Shown piece by piece: positions 19,249-28,632 of a DNA stretch of 64,000 nt. The translations under genes and the position numbers were made by a program. Numbering within the stretch: position 1 is the stretch's first letter; every line of letters starts with the position of its first letter. The stretch is from Nitrososphaerota archaeon (GTDB lineage: Archaea > Thermoproteota > Nitrososphaeria > Conexivisphaerales > UBA164). The notes below the pieces were generated by a model, which worked only from the letters and a program-made list of their open reading frames with translations, was not told where the DNA came from and did no database searches. Location: NCBI GenBank assembly GCA_009903795.1, contig WYER01000003.1:8637-72636 (forward strand), written 5' to 3'.

Positions 19249-19347
19249 TTTCTTAAAAGCATTAACATGCTATTTTTTATGGTTTTTATATAAAATTATT
19301 TCAACTTAAAGCGAACAAAAAGGATCACTGTTCGTTTGAAGGAAGAA

Positions 19348-19545
19348 CTATTCTTTCAGATTTTTTACCAGTACAAAAATTACGAGCGCTATGAAGAGTA
19401 CAGCCGCAGATAATTCAGAAAAGAGGCTGAACTTCCCCACCATTAGAATTGTAAAAGCTACAAACAGTATGAGAAAGACAATGATCACACCGCCAAGCCC
19501 CCATCTTGCAAAAGAAAAGAAACCGGCTTCCTTTTCTTCGTGCAT
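19348..19545 (-). CDS. Small two-TM membrane protein (hypothetical)
   Basis: 65 aa with two clear hydrophobic helices. No recognisable family. Confidence 0.3.
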   Translation of the reverse strand: MHEEKEAGFFSFARWGLGGVIIVFLILFVAFTILMVGKFSLFSELSAAVLFIALVIFVLVKNLKE

Positions 19546-19824
19546 AATATAGATGTTAACTCTGTATATATACGCTTTTACAAAAACATTATTTACCGTT
19601 TAAGTTACAGCTGCGACGCTTTTTTATAAACACTTTCAGCACTTTGACCAATTTAAATAATCTATAAACTTTGCCTGTAGCATGCATGCTAAACACCATG
19701 AACGATTTTGCCGATATGATGGAATATAAAAAGTATTACTTATGTGAAAGCTTGAATATGAACAGGAAGCACTAACTAAATGATCATGATAGTTCACAGC
19801 GTATCAGCAAAAAGCTTAAATAAA

Positions 19825-19844
19825 ATCCGAACATATGTTCGGAT
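19825..19844. promoter_or_regulatory. Perfect 20-bp palindrome ATCCGAACAT|ATGTTCGGAT abutting the MFS start codon (candidate operator)
   Basis: Read directly at 19825-19844. It sits between an A/T-rich TATA-like tract (ttaaataaaa, about 19815-19824) and the ATG at 19845. Confidence 0.5.
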
Positions 19845-21110
19845 ATGGTTAGCCCTGGAAAGGCCGTAGAAGAATCGTCATGGAAAGGAGTCCATTGCCT
19901 TCTTTTTGCTTCATTCAGCATAGGAACTACTGTAGAAGCTTACATATATTCCCTTTCTTACATAGCAACTGGTTGGGTTGAGATACCTAGGGTTCTCCTT
20001 GCAGTCCTGGCTGTTTGGTCCCCACTATGGTTACTCATAGGTGGGATGGTAGCGGGTCCCCTTTCCGATCACATAGGCAGAAGAAACACGCTGTTCATAA
20101 CTCTGGCCCTTTATGCTATTGGAGCAGTAGGGCTAATATTCAGCAGCTCTTACACGCTTTTGCTGATATCTATCGGCCTTTTGCTATTTTCAACTGGCGG
20201 CGAGTACAACACTATTATGGCAGCAACTCATGAACTTTTTCCCAAAAAACACAGGGCAAAGGCGCTGTTCCTCGAGCTCAACTTCACCAACATAGGTGGC
20301 TCCATTGCTGCCGTGCTTGCGCTTCTTGAACTTTCTTCGGTGCTCTACCAGAGGATAATCCTAGGGATAACTCTTCTCCTTTCAATCGTAGTTATGTTCT
20401 TGATAAGGCTTAGGGTGCCGGAATCTGTTATGTGGCTTGAATCAAAGGGAAAGGTTGCTGTAGCTGAAGAGGAGCTTAAAAAGTACTATAGCCTTGAACC
20501 TCAGCAGGACGATTTAAAGAAGCCATCAAGGGTTCCTCCTGTCTGGTTCAGGCTCTTCGTTGGCGGTGCTATTGGATGGGCTTACACAGCTGGTTTTAGC
20601 CTCATAGTGCTTACGTTAGGGCCATATTTCTTTCCATCACTCACTGATTGGTTGATACTTGTGTTTGGGCTAGTTGCCTTTGCCTCTGGCTTCATAGGCC
20701 TGATAGCTGACAGGTTGCCCAGAAGGCACTTGCTTTTGTTTTCCGCAGTGGCAGTCATTATTACGGCTTACCTGTTCATACCAACCCTTAAGCTCTGGCT
20801 TTCTAACATGACCATTTTCTGGATCCTTTTTGTGATCGTCTCGGCAGCGATAAACGTGTACTTTCTTGCAGAGGACACACTCAAGTCAGAAATATGGCCT
20901 ACAAAGAGAAGAGGACTCTACACCGCGCTAGTCAGGGTTATATCGCTCGGAGGCTCAATACCAGTGCTTTTCCTTGCCTCTAACCTCCCGATACTCGAGT
21001 ACATGTGGATAGGAATAGCGATATTTTCAGTCGGCTTTATAGCAAGCCTTCTTTGGTTCTTCTTCGGAATAGAAACTAGCGGAGGAAGGAGCGTAAGGAT
21101 ATGGGACTGA
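19845..21110 (+). CDS. MFS transporter
   Basis: 421 aa with about 12 hydrophobic segments, GPLSDHIGRRN (MFS motif A) and a central loop. Confidence 0.8.
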   Translation: MVSPGKAVEESSWKGVHCLLFASFSIGTTVEAYIYSLSYIATGWVEIPRVLLAVLAVWSPLWLLIGGMVAGPLSDHIGRRNTLFITLALYAIGAVGLIFSSSYTLLLISIGLLLFSTGGEYNTIMAATHELFPKKHRAKALFLELNFTNIGGSIAAVLALLELSSVLYQRIILGITLLLSIVVMFLIRLRVPESVMWLESKGKVAVAEEELKKYYSLEPQQDDLKKPSRVPPVWFRLFVGGAIGWAYTAGFSLIVLTLGPYFFPSLTDWLILVFGLVAFASGFIGLIADRLPRRHLLLFSAVAVIITAYLFIPTLKLWLSNMTIFWILFVIVSAAINVYFLAEDTLKSEIWPTKRRGLYTALVRVISLGGSIPVLFLASNLPILEYMWIGIAIFSVGFIASLLWFFFGIETSGGRSVRIWD

Positions 21111-22090
21111 AAGCTTACGAAAGATTCCTGGGAGCCCTGTATGGAACTGCAATAGGAGACGCTCTGGGCATGCCAACAACTTTTCTGAGCAGAGAAGAGA
21201 TAAAGAAAAGGTACGGGTTTGTCGATTCATTTCTTGAACCTCCAGCTGACAGCGCTGTCCACTCGGGCCTTAAACCCGGAACCTATACAGACGACACGGA
21301 GCTGACGTTTGCGCTCGCAAGGGCAATAATCAGGGCTAAAAAGGTTGACCCGCATATAGTTGCTGAAGAACTTATAAGATGGGCAGATGAAAACAGAGCG
21401 CCTGAAAAAAACATAATAGGACCTAGCACGAGGAAAGCCATACTGCTTTTAAAAGGAGGCACACCTGCTGAAAGCTCAGGAAAGGAAGGGACTACTAACG
21501 GATGCGCAATGAAGATTTCTGTTGTTGGTCTCTTTGATCATTCAAAGAGCTTTGAAACACTTTTCAAAGATGTAGTTTCAGCGTGTATGCCAACGCACAA
21601 CACGAGCATTGCCGTTTCAGGGGCAATTGCCATTGCGGCTTCTGTAAAGCTAACGTTTGAAGGCTTTAGCCCCGAAAGAATTGTGGAGCAAGCTTTGGTA
21701 CAGGCTGAACGGGCAGGAAAGTTGATGAACGGTGCGAGCGTAGCTGAGAGGATAAGGGAAGCGCTTAAGATTGAAGGAAAGGACGATCAGGAATACCTTG
21801 ACAAGCTGTACGATTTTTTAAAGGAACCTGCAGGAGCCCTTACTGAAGATGCTGTTCCTGCAGCAATGTCAATATTTTTAAGAGCTAAGGGAGATTTTAG
21901 AAGGAGCGTGCTCCTTGCATGTAACCTTGGAGGTGATTCTGACACTATAGGCGCTATGACAGGTGCAATAGCTGGAAGCTATTCTGGTTTTGCATCAATA
22001 CCTAAAGAGTGGATCAGAACCATTGATATGAGATCAAAAACCAATATAAGAAAGCTGGCAAAAGACTTATTAAATGTTTCAGGAAGTTGA
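21101..22090 (+). CDS. ADP-ribosylglycohydrolase (ARH/DraG) family protein
   Basis: 329 aa with GALYGTAIGDALGMPTTF, YTDDTELT and GGDSDTIGAMTGAIAG motifs. It overlaps the end of the MFS gene. Confidence 0.85.
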   Translation: MGLKAYERFLGALYGTAIGDALGMPTTFLSREEIKKRYGFVDSFLEPPADSAVHSGLKPGTYTDDTELTFALARAIIRAKKVDPHIVAEELIRWADENRAPEKNIIGPSTRKAILLLKGGTPAESSGKEGTTNGCAMKISVVGLFDHSKSFETLFKDVVSACMPTHNTSIAVSGAIAIAASVKLTFEGFSPERIVEQALVQAERAGKLMNGASVAERIREALKIEGKDDQEYLDKLYDFLKEPAGALTEDAVPAAMSIFLRAKGDFRRSVLLACNLGGDSDTIGAMTGAIAGSYSGFASIPKEWIRTIDMRSKTNIRKLAKDLLNVSGS

Positions 22091-23021
22091 CTTGCTGATT
22101 TTATCGGACTGCGTTCTTGATGTTTATTATAGTATAGAGAGCCTTCCTGTAAAGGCTGATGAAGCTGTGGCTTCAGAAGAGCCATACTTTTATCCCGGAG
22201 GTGGATGCAACGTAGCGATAGTGGCCAGCAAGCTGGGCCTCAGGGTTGCTGTAGTAGATAGGCTTGGGAAAGACTGCTTTTCTCAGATTCTGGTTAAGGA
22301 GCTCGAAAAAGAAGGCGTTAAAACTGATATGTTAAGGTTCGATGAAAGACATTATACATCAATATCAAACAACGTGTTTGACAGAAAAGGAAGACACGCG
22401 TTCATAGGTTACGCAGGAGCAGGGGCTTACCTGAGCTACGATGACGTTGAAAGAGCTGTAGAAAGTTCTAAAGCCGTATTCTTTGATGGCTACAACCTTG
22501 ATCCAAGGTTTCCAGCTTACAAGACAATAAAGAACGCTGTTGAAAAGGCTAAAAGAGAATCAAAGCAGGTTTTTTTCGACCCTGGACCGAGAAAAGTTGA
22601 AGACATAAAGAGCTTCATAAAAGCTTCAAGCACGGTTTTCTTTAATAAAAAAGAAATGCTCATGCATATTGGCGACAGTTACAGAAATTCTATTGAAAAG
22701 CTTAAAAAAGACATAGAAAGGAGCTACGTCATAAAGCTTGGGGAAAAAGGTTCTTTATGCATATATGACGGAAAGACTGTTCGCATTAAGGCGATAAAGC
22801 CTGAGAAGATAATACACACGATCGGGGCTGGCGATGCCTTCGACGCTACTTTTATAGCTTTTACGCTAAAGGGTTACAGCAAGTCTATTTCATGCATGTA
22901 CGCAAGCTTGATGGCATCCTTAAAGCTAAGAACAAAGCACGTGGGCGAGCTTCCTAGGCTTGAAGAGTTTTTGAAGATTGCTGAAAAGATTGGCATAAAT
23001 AGCGTAGAGAATAACTCTTAA
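22074..23021 (+). CDS. PfkB-family sugar/nucleoside kinase
   Basis: 315 aa with a GGGCNVA and TIGAGDAFDATF signature pair. It overlaps the end of the ARH gene. Confidence 0.85.
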   Translation: MFQEVDLLILSDCVLDVYYSIESLPVKADEAVASEEPYFYPGGGCNVAIVASKLGLRVAVVDRLGKDCFSQILVKELEKEGVKTDMLRFDERHYTSISNNVFDRKGRHAFIGYAGAGAYLSYDDVERAVESSKAVFFDGYNLDPRFPAYKTIKNAVEKAKRESKQVFFDPGPRKVEDIKSFIKASSTVFFNKKEMLMHIGDSYRNSIEKLKKDIERSYVIKLGEKGSLCIYDGKTVRIKAIKPEKIIHTIGAGDAFDATFIAFTLKGYSKSISCMYASLMASLKLRTKHVGELPRLEEFLKIAEKIGINSVENNS

Positions 23022-23061
23022 AAAGCTGTCCTCCTATTGCTTAATTTTGCCTTTCTCTTGA

Positions 23062-24276
23062 TCAGGTAATTCTTTTTATTAGCGCTGAAAACTTCTGAAC
23101 GAAAGCGTCAAGGGTGAGCTCCTTTACTCTTTCTGTGGAGGAAAAGCTGTGCCAGAACTTACTGTCGGTCAAAAGCTTTGAAACGTTTTCCACAGCCTCC
23201 TCAGCGCTTTCATACCCAAGCCCGTATTTACCTTCTTCTGCTATGTCTGACCAGGCACCTCCTGACTTGTGGACAACAACCGGAAGCCTTCTTGCAAGGG
23301 CCTCTGCAACTACTATGCCCCAGTGCTCGTTTATAGTTGCATGTAAAAACGCACGCGACTTATCCATGGTTTCGTTTATCTGCGACCTTGGTGCGTCAGG
23401 TATCAAGAACACATTTTTGTCAAGTTTTGCATTTGCTATAAGGTTTTTCAGCCTCTCGATGTACATTTTAGATGTCCTTGTACCTGCGCCTCCAAATATG
23501 TAAAGTTTAGCATCAGGGACTTCCTTAAGAAGCTTTGGCATGACCTCAGTTATAACCCAGTGGTACCTTTTTTCTTCGCTGAACCTGCCGAGCATAACTA
23601 CAGCTTTTTCCCTTTCTTCGAAAGGCTTTGTGTTGTTTACTATTTCTACGCTTGGAGGGATTGGGGGGTTAAGGACGTAAGGCTTTTCGCCGTAGATTTG
23701 CTTTGCTAGCTCAGCTGTCCAGTTTGAGTTTGTCAAAACCAAGTCAGCCGACTGAAAAGGGTTCTTTCTTAGAAAGTATGGCAAAAGGCCAACGTAAATT
23801 TTCCAGTATATGTTCATGGGAAACTTTCCATACCTTTCCACGATGTACGGATCTTCTCCGTAGTTCAACCCGGTGTTTTTGAACCTAGGATCAACGGATA
23901 CTTCATAAGGGAAGTGCATGTACTCGATCAGCTTAAACTTTGTCTTCTTCTTTTCTTTTATGAGAGGCTTATACGTAGGTTCATCTATAAAAACAATTTC
24001 GCCGTTAAATTTTTTTAGCGCTTTGATGATGGGCCTTGAAATTACAAACCTCAAGTAAAGCCCGAACATCTTAAGGTTCATGTTCCAGCTGTACTTTTTG
24101 TATTTTGTCAGGTCTATACCGAACCATTCTGAATATTTTTCGGCTCTGAAGTTCGTTGTTGAAGTGAGAATCGGTTCGTAGCCAATTTTCTCAAACGAAT
24201 ATGCTGCAGAAGCGCATACAAGCTGTCCTCCTCCGGGTCTGTCCCAGTAATGGTGTCCTATTATTGCAAACGCCAT
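23062..24276 (-). CDS. Glycosyltransferase, GT-B fold (GT4 / group 1)
   Basis: 404 aa with EHWGIVVAEALARRLPVVVHKSGG (E-x7-E region). Confidence 0.85.
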   Translation of the reverse strand: MAFAIIGHHYWDRPGGGQLVCASAAYSFEKIGYEPILTSTTNFRAEKYSEWFGIDLTKYKKYSWNMNLKMFGLYLRFVISRPIIKALKKFNGEIVFIDEPTYKPLIKEKKKTKFKLIEYMHFPYEVSVDPRFKNTGLNYGEDPYIVERYGKFPMNIYWKIYVGLLPYFLRKNPFQSADLVLTNSNWTAELAKQIYGEKPYVLNPPIPPSVEIVNNTKPFEEREKAVVMLGRFSEEKRYHWVITEVMPKLLKEVPDAKLYIFGGAGTRTSKMYIERLKNLIANAKLDKNVFLIPDAPRSQINETMDKSRAFLHATINEHWGIVVAEALARRLPVVVHKSGGAWSDIAEEGKYGLGYESAEEAVENVSKLLTDSKFWHSFSSTERVKELTLDAFVQKFSALIKRIT

Positions 24277-24425
24277 ACCATATTATTATAGCTTTTCGTA
24301 AATATATTAATATTGAGATTAAACGAGAAATTACAAATTAAACACCCTTACGCTTTTTTATTGCATTTTAAAATAATATATCGTTTATTTTTAATGCTTT
24401 ACATGAGTATTTCAAATAAATTTTT

Positions 24426-24916
24426 GTGCCGTTAACTTGATCCCGTAATATATTCACCTAATCCAATCAACAACAATTGACTTAATCTATTCAGACAAAT
24501 CATTTGATATTTGATGATATGCTGATCCAATTTCAATTATTAAGAACCTAAAGGCTCGCCAGTTACTTATATGGACAAATTTTGGCTTTCTACAAGTTCT
24601 TAAAAACTTTTGTCCTCTTTTAATATATCCTTCATCCTTTATATTAGGTTCTTCAGGTTCTGTTCGTATATAACATTATCTACCCCTGCAAGCATCAACG
24701 AAATAAATAGCTCCATCTATACAAATAGTCTTCATTATAAGTCTTCTTATGTACGATTTGTGTGTATCTACATATGTTTCCCACTAATGTTTATTTCTGT
24801 TTAATCAATAAAGATAAACTTTAATTATAAACATAAAGTGCTATTGGGGTAATTTTTCCGGTTTGTACAATTATTTGCTAGAAATAGAATCAATAAATTT
24901 TAAGCTAACGACACCC
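24426..24916 (-). mobile_element. Decayed, internally deleted copy of the IS element found at 39042-39800
   Basis: It is colinear by eye with the reverse complement of the IS. Matching blocks are gtgccgttaactt, caatcaacaa.aattg.cttaat, aaattttggcttt, acccctgc...catcaac, tgtttatttc.gttt.atcaataaa, aagtgctattggg, ggtttgt..aat.atttgctagaaa and aataaattttaagc..taacg.caccc. No intact ORF. Confidence 0.65.
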
Positions 24917-24948
24917 AGCAAAGCGAAAAAATTCTTAAATAATCCAAA

Positions 24949-25926
24949 ATGTTAAATTATGAAATAGCATTGTGCCCTGAAAAGCCTGTAATTTCCATAA
25001 TAACAAAAGATGGAGTTAGCAAGGGTTATGTTTTTAACGAGATGCTCAGGTCAACGTTGCAGATACCATATGATGAAATTATATTAATTGATGACAGCGA
25101 TAGTGCCAATACCGCCCTAGTAGTTAAAAAATTCGCCGAGGAAAATGGGAAAAAACTTACTGCATTTAAATCAAACCTTTATGGCTATACAAGAGCTACA
25201 AGAGCTACTGCGAGACAGACTGCAATAGACATCTTTTTGAAAAATTACGATTCAGATTTTTTAATTCAGCTTGATGACGATGTAGTGCTCAGAAAAGGCT
25301 GGTGGGAGGAAGCAAATAAATTAATTAATAAACCTACAACTGGTCTTTTCTACGGATTAGCATATGGTGTATCTACAGAAAATGAATTTAACGAACTGTT
25401 AAGAAGTGATATTCCTTTTAGAATAAATGAAAAAGATATTAGGCATTTTTATGAAAGAGGAGGGACTGCCGATATTATTTTAACGCGAAAATCATTGACA
25501 AAAATTAAAGAAAGTTTTGGAATAATACCACCTGAGTTACACTTATATGAGGATGCATGGATATTAAGGGCTATTAAGTGCGCTGGCTTCGATGTCGAGA
25601 TAGGCTATGGTGTTGCTTTGCACTTTGATCCTATAAAAAATACAAGAAGCATTGACTCAACGACGTTTGATGTTGATCTAAAACATATCTTAATTGCATC
25701 AAAATACGGTATAATTAAGTCAGTAAAGCCTTTCAATGATGCATTAGGTTTATTCGCCCCAATAATAGGTTTATTGCCTTGGATGTTTAAATATGCTTCA
25801 GAACTTGGATTCAGAAAAGGAGTGAGAGTCGCGGCTAAAAAGCAGTACATAAAGATTGTTTACAGATGGGTAAAGCTTTCATCAATGAGAAAGGGCTGTA
25901 CTGATCTTATTTATAAGCCCGCTTAA
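24949..25926 (+). CDS. GT-A-fold (family 2-like) glycosyltransferase
   Basis: 325 aa with ISIITKD...IILIDDSDS and LDDDVVL (DxD) motifs and a C-terminal hydrophobic segment. Confidence 0.6.
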   Translation: MLNYEIALCPEKPVISIITKDGVSKGYVFNEMLRSTLQIPYDEIILIDDSDSANTALVVKKFAEENGKKLTAFKSNLYGYTRATRATARQTAIDIFLKNYDSDFLIQLDDDVVLRKGWWEEANKLINKPTTGLFYGLAYGVSTENEFNELLRSDIPFRINEKDIRHFYERGGTADIILTRKSLTKIKESFGIIPPELHLYEDAWILRAIKCAGFDVEIGYGVALHFDPIKNTRSIDSTTFDVDLKHILIASKYGIIKSVKPFNDALGLFAPIIGLLPWMFKYASELGFRKGVRVAAKKQYIKIVYRWVKLSSMRKGCTDLIYKPA

Positions 25927-26756
25927 AACAGGTTGTGAATGTTCTTTATAAGTGAAAGCATGTACTTTAGTTCATAAACGGTGAAAGACCTTAACTTGAA
26001 CTCTTTCCTCAATGATTTTGCGAATTTTATGTGCGCACTAGCCACTATTGCCTTTCTCTGTCCCGATGCAGGATGCTCAGACCCATGATGCATATGGGTG
26101 CTAATCACTATCCATGGTACTTCTTTAATGCCAGAAAGATATGCCATTATGCCCAAGACTCCTTCATCATTTATGAACTGCCTAAATTCAGATGGCACGT
26201 TTAGGAATGCCCTTTCCACCCTATCTATTATTTGAGGATCAGGCAGCTTCCTGTAAACCACAACCTGCTTTGGTCCTATAAATATCACAGTTCCCTTTCT
26301 TAAAAGGTTTGGTTCATATATTTTATACGCATATACTGGAATCTTGTTTTCCTTTACGTTTATTTCTCCAATTAATCTGCTCCTGGCCATGATGTTCGGA
26401 GCTCCCCTTGACCATGCTTCCCTGTCAAGCACTGTGTACATGCTGTATGGCATCTGCGAGTTTGCTTCAACAAATGAGCTATCAATTATGTTGTCGCTGT
26501 CCATTATTGCCACTTCATTACTGCCCTGTAAGTCCCTGAGCATAGTAAACCACGTACCGCTCCTACTTCTCCAGTTGCCTGTCTTAACGGTTATACTGTC
26601 TGGCACTATTTTTTTAAGTATTTCAATCTGCCTTGCGTGGAACACATTGTCAACGTAAACTATGGCTTCCTCGGGTTTGATTTCCCTAACGTTTTTATCA
26701 AAATATTCAATAACTTCATGAACTCTGTAAAATGGTAGATATGTCACCAGTTTCAT
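25923..26756 (-). CDS. Hypothetical protein, possibly a divergent GT-A-like transferase
   Basis: 277 aa with a Rossmann-like N-terminus and AIMDSDNI (DxD-like). No family recognised by eye. It converges on and overlaps the previous gene by 4 nt. Confidence 0.4.
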   Translation of the reverse strand: MKLVTYLPFYRVHEVIEYFDKNVREIKPEEAIVYVDNVFHARQIEILKKIVPDSITVKTGNWRSRSGTWFTMLRDLQGSNEVAIMDSDNIIDSSFVEANSQMPYSMYTVLDREAWSRGAPNIMARSRLIGEINVKENKIPVYAYKIYEPNLLRKGTVIFIGPKQVVVYRKLPDPQIIDRVERAFLNVPSEFRQFINDEGVLGIMAYLSGIKEVPWIVISTHMHHGSEHPASGQRKAIVASAHIKFAKSLRKEFKLRSFTVYELKYMLSLIKNIHNLF

Positions 26757-26960
26757 TGATATTATATATTGCTTTGTAAAGGTTTAAAAATTCACTGTTT
26801 ACGCTGTATACCAATATTGTGATAGAAGGTTTTGACAATTTATTCTCAAATTTAATCATTAATATAAGCTAAATCAAAGTTTTCCATGATTCTTATTTGT
26901 TTGTGCGAATTGATTTGCTGTAATGCTGACTCCTTTTGATTGACATGCATTGAAAGCTTA

Positions 26961-27008
26961 CAATTTTCAATTTAAGTTTTCTTTCAAACTTAGCGTTAAC
27001 GCTTCACA
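26961..27008 (+). repeat. Possible IS right-end fragment
   Basis: caattttcaa...cttagcgttaacgcttcac resembles the IS right end caattttgttga...cttaagttaacggcacc. The similarity is weak. Confidence 0.3.
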
Positions 27009-27181
27009 CAATTTTATAATTGCTTAGTTTCACCTTAATACCTCTTCATGAGGTTTACTCAAAATCATTTTAATTTGCCTTTATCGACTATAGCTTAGGG
27101 CAATAAAATAATTTCCAGATAAAATATTAATCTAACACTTTCAGAAATGATTATATATGCATATGAATTGATAATATTTCA

Positions 27182-28336
27182 ATGCAGAATTTAGATTACG
27201 ACGTAATCATAGTAGGCGGTGGACCTGCTGGCGTTGGAGCAGCAAAATCGGCTGCAAAGGAAGGATTAAAAACGCTTTTGCTGGAGAAAGAAGCTGCAAT
27301 AGCTGCTTGGAAGCCCTGTGGCGAAGCAACTTCTGAAGGAGCTTTCGTTACAGCTGAAGTTAAACCTGAACCTCCATACATCGTAAGGAAGGCAAACGCT
27401 TTAGTCTTCGCCCCAAACCAGAAGTATGTTGTGATAAACCAGGAGGGTTACGCCATTAATAAAACATACTTTCTTCAGGAGCTAGCAGCGCAAGTAGCTA
27501 AATATGGGGGAGACATTCACGTTAGGGAAGAGTTCATAGATTTTGAAAGAGAAGGCAAAATACTTAAGGTAAAAACCAACAGAAACATATACAGGACAAA
27601 GATAATAATAGGTGCCGATGGATACCATTCATCTGTTGCTAAGAGCGCAGGCATAAAGGAAAAATCAGAACCCATACCAACGCTTCAGTACGTGATGGCA
27701 AATGTAAAGCTGAAACATGCGGAAAGCGTGAGATTTTACCTCGGAAACAGCATTGCCCCGAAGGGGTATGCGTGGATATTTCCTAAAACCGACAACATAG
27801 CTGAAGTTGGCATAGGCGTCAGGGGAGCAACAGCTAAAGTTTACCTGGATAAATTCGTAAAGCAACACGAAGATGAGCTTGGAGAAGCAAGAATAATTGA
27901 TTATAGAGGGGCCCCTGTTCCGATTGGGGGATTAATTTCCGAAGCAGCAAAGGATAACGTACTTTTAGTGGGAGATGCTGCAGGAACAGTTATTCCGTTC
28001 ACTGGCGCCGGCATACATTCATCTTTAGCCGCAGGGATTGTTGCAGGAAAAGTTGCTTCAGAAGCCGTAAGAGATAACGATTACAGTGAAGCAAAACTGA
28101 GAAAATTTTACGATCTATATGAAGAACCTTGGGGAAAGAGAATACGTACAAGCCTAAAGGCTATGCGCTTGTTCGAAAAGATTTCTGACGAAGACTTTAA
28201 CGCTCTAGCTGAAGTGTTCGACGAAAACGATATTCTGGACCTTGCCAACGGTTACAACGTAAAGCGCGTTGCCATGAAACTAATAAGACATCCAATTTTA
28301 GCTAGTAAAATAGCCGCAAGCCTGATGAGTATTTAA
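27182..28336 (+). CDS. Geranylgeranyl reductase family flavoprotein (archaeal lipid saturase type)
   Basis: 384 aa with YDVIIVGGGPAGVGAAKSAAKEGLKTLLLEKE and LVGDAAG motifs. Confidence 0.85.
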   Translation: MQNLDYDVIIVGGGPAGVGAAKSAAKEGLKTLLLEKEAAIAAWKPCGEATSEGAFVTAEVKPEPPYIVRKANALVFAPNQKYVVINQEGYAINKTYFLQELAAQVAKYGGDIHVREEFIDFEREGKILKVKTNRNIYRTKIIIGADGYHSSVAKSAGIKEKSEPIPTLQYVMANVKLKHAESVRFYLGNSIAPKGYAWIFPKTDNIAEVGIGVRGATAKVYLDKFVKQHEDELGEARIIDYRGAPVPIGGLISEAAKDNVLLVGDAAGTVIPFTGAGIHSSLAAGIVAGKVASEAVRDNDYSEAKLRKFYDLYEEPWGKRIRTSLKAMRLFEKISDEDFNALAEVFDENDILDLANGYNVKRVAMKLIRHPILASKIAASLMSI

Positions 28337-28359
28337 GCTCTTAAGTTACCTTTTTTGCT

Positions 28360-28632
28360 TTAAAAATAATAAAAGCTATCGAACTCCCCTTTGTATTGTT
28401 CCCATTTTACTTCTAGGTTTTCAACCTCAGAAAGAGGAGGGCCTCTCCTGCATTCTTCTATAAAATCTTCTATCTGATCTTTTTCTCCCTCGACGATGAT
28501 CTTAACTGTACCATCAGGAAGGTTTTCTGCGTAACCTTTTAGGCCAAGTTTATCAGCAACTCTTTTCGCAAAAGCCCTATAGCCAACGCCCTGAACAAGA
28601 CCTTCAACAATTATTTCTGCTCTTGCTTTCAT
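28360..28632 (-). CDS. acyP: Acylphosphatase
   Basis: 90 aa with VEGLVQGVGYR...GYAENLPDGTV. Confidence 0.9.
   Translation of the reverse strand: MKARAEIIVEGLVQGVGYRAFAKRVADKLGLKGYAENLPDGTVKIIVEGEKDQIEDFIEECRRGPPLSEVENLEVKWEQYKGEFDSFYYF

Noticed and set aside
24610-24804. A 64-aa ORF inside the IS relic. The same applies to 39465..39656 inside the IS element.
   Set aside because: Both lie antisense to the recognisable transposase remnants and are low-complexity.
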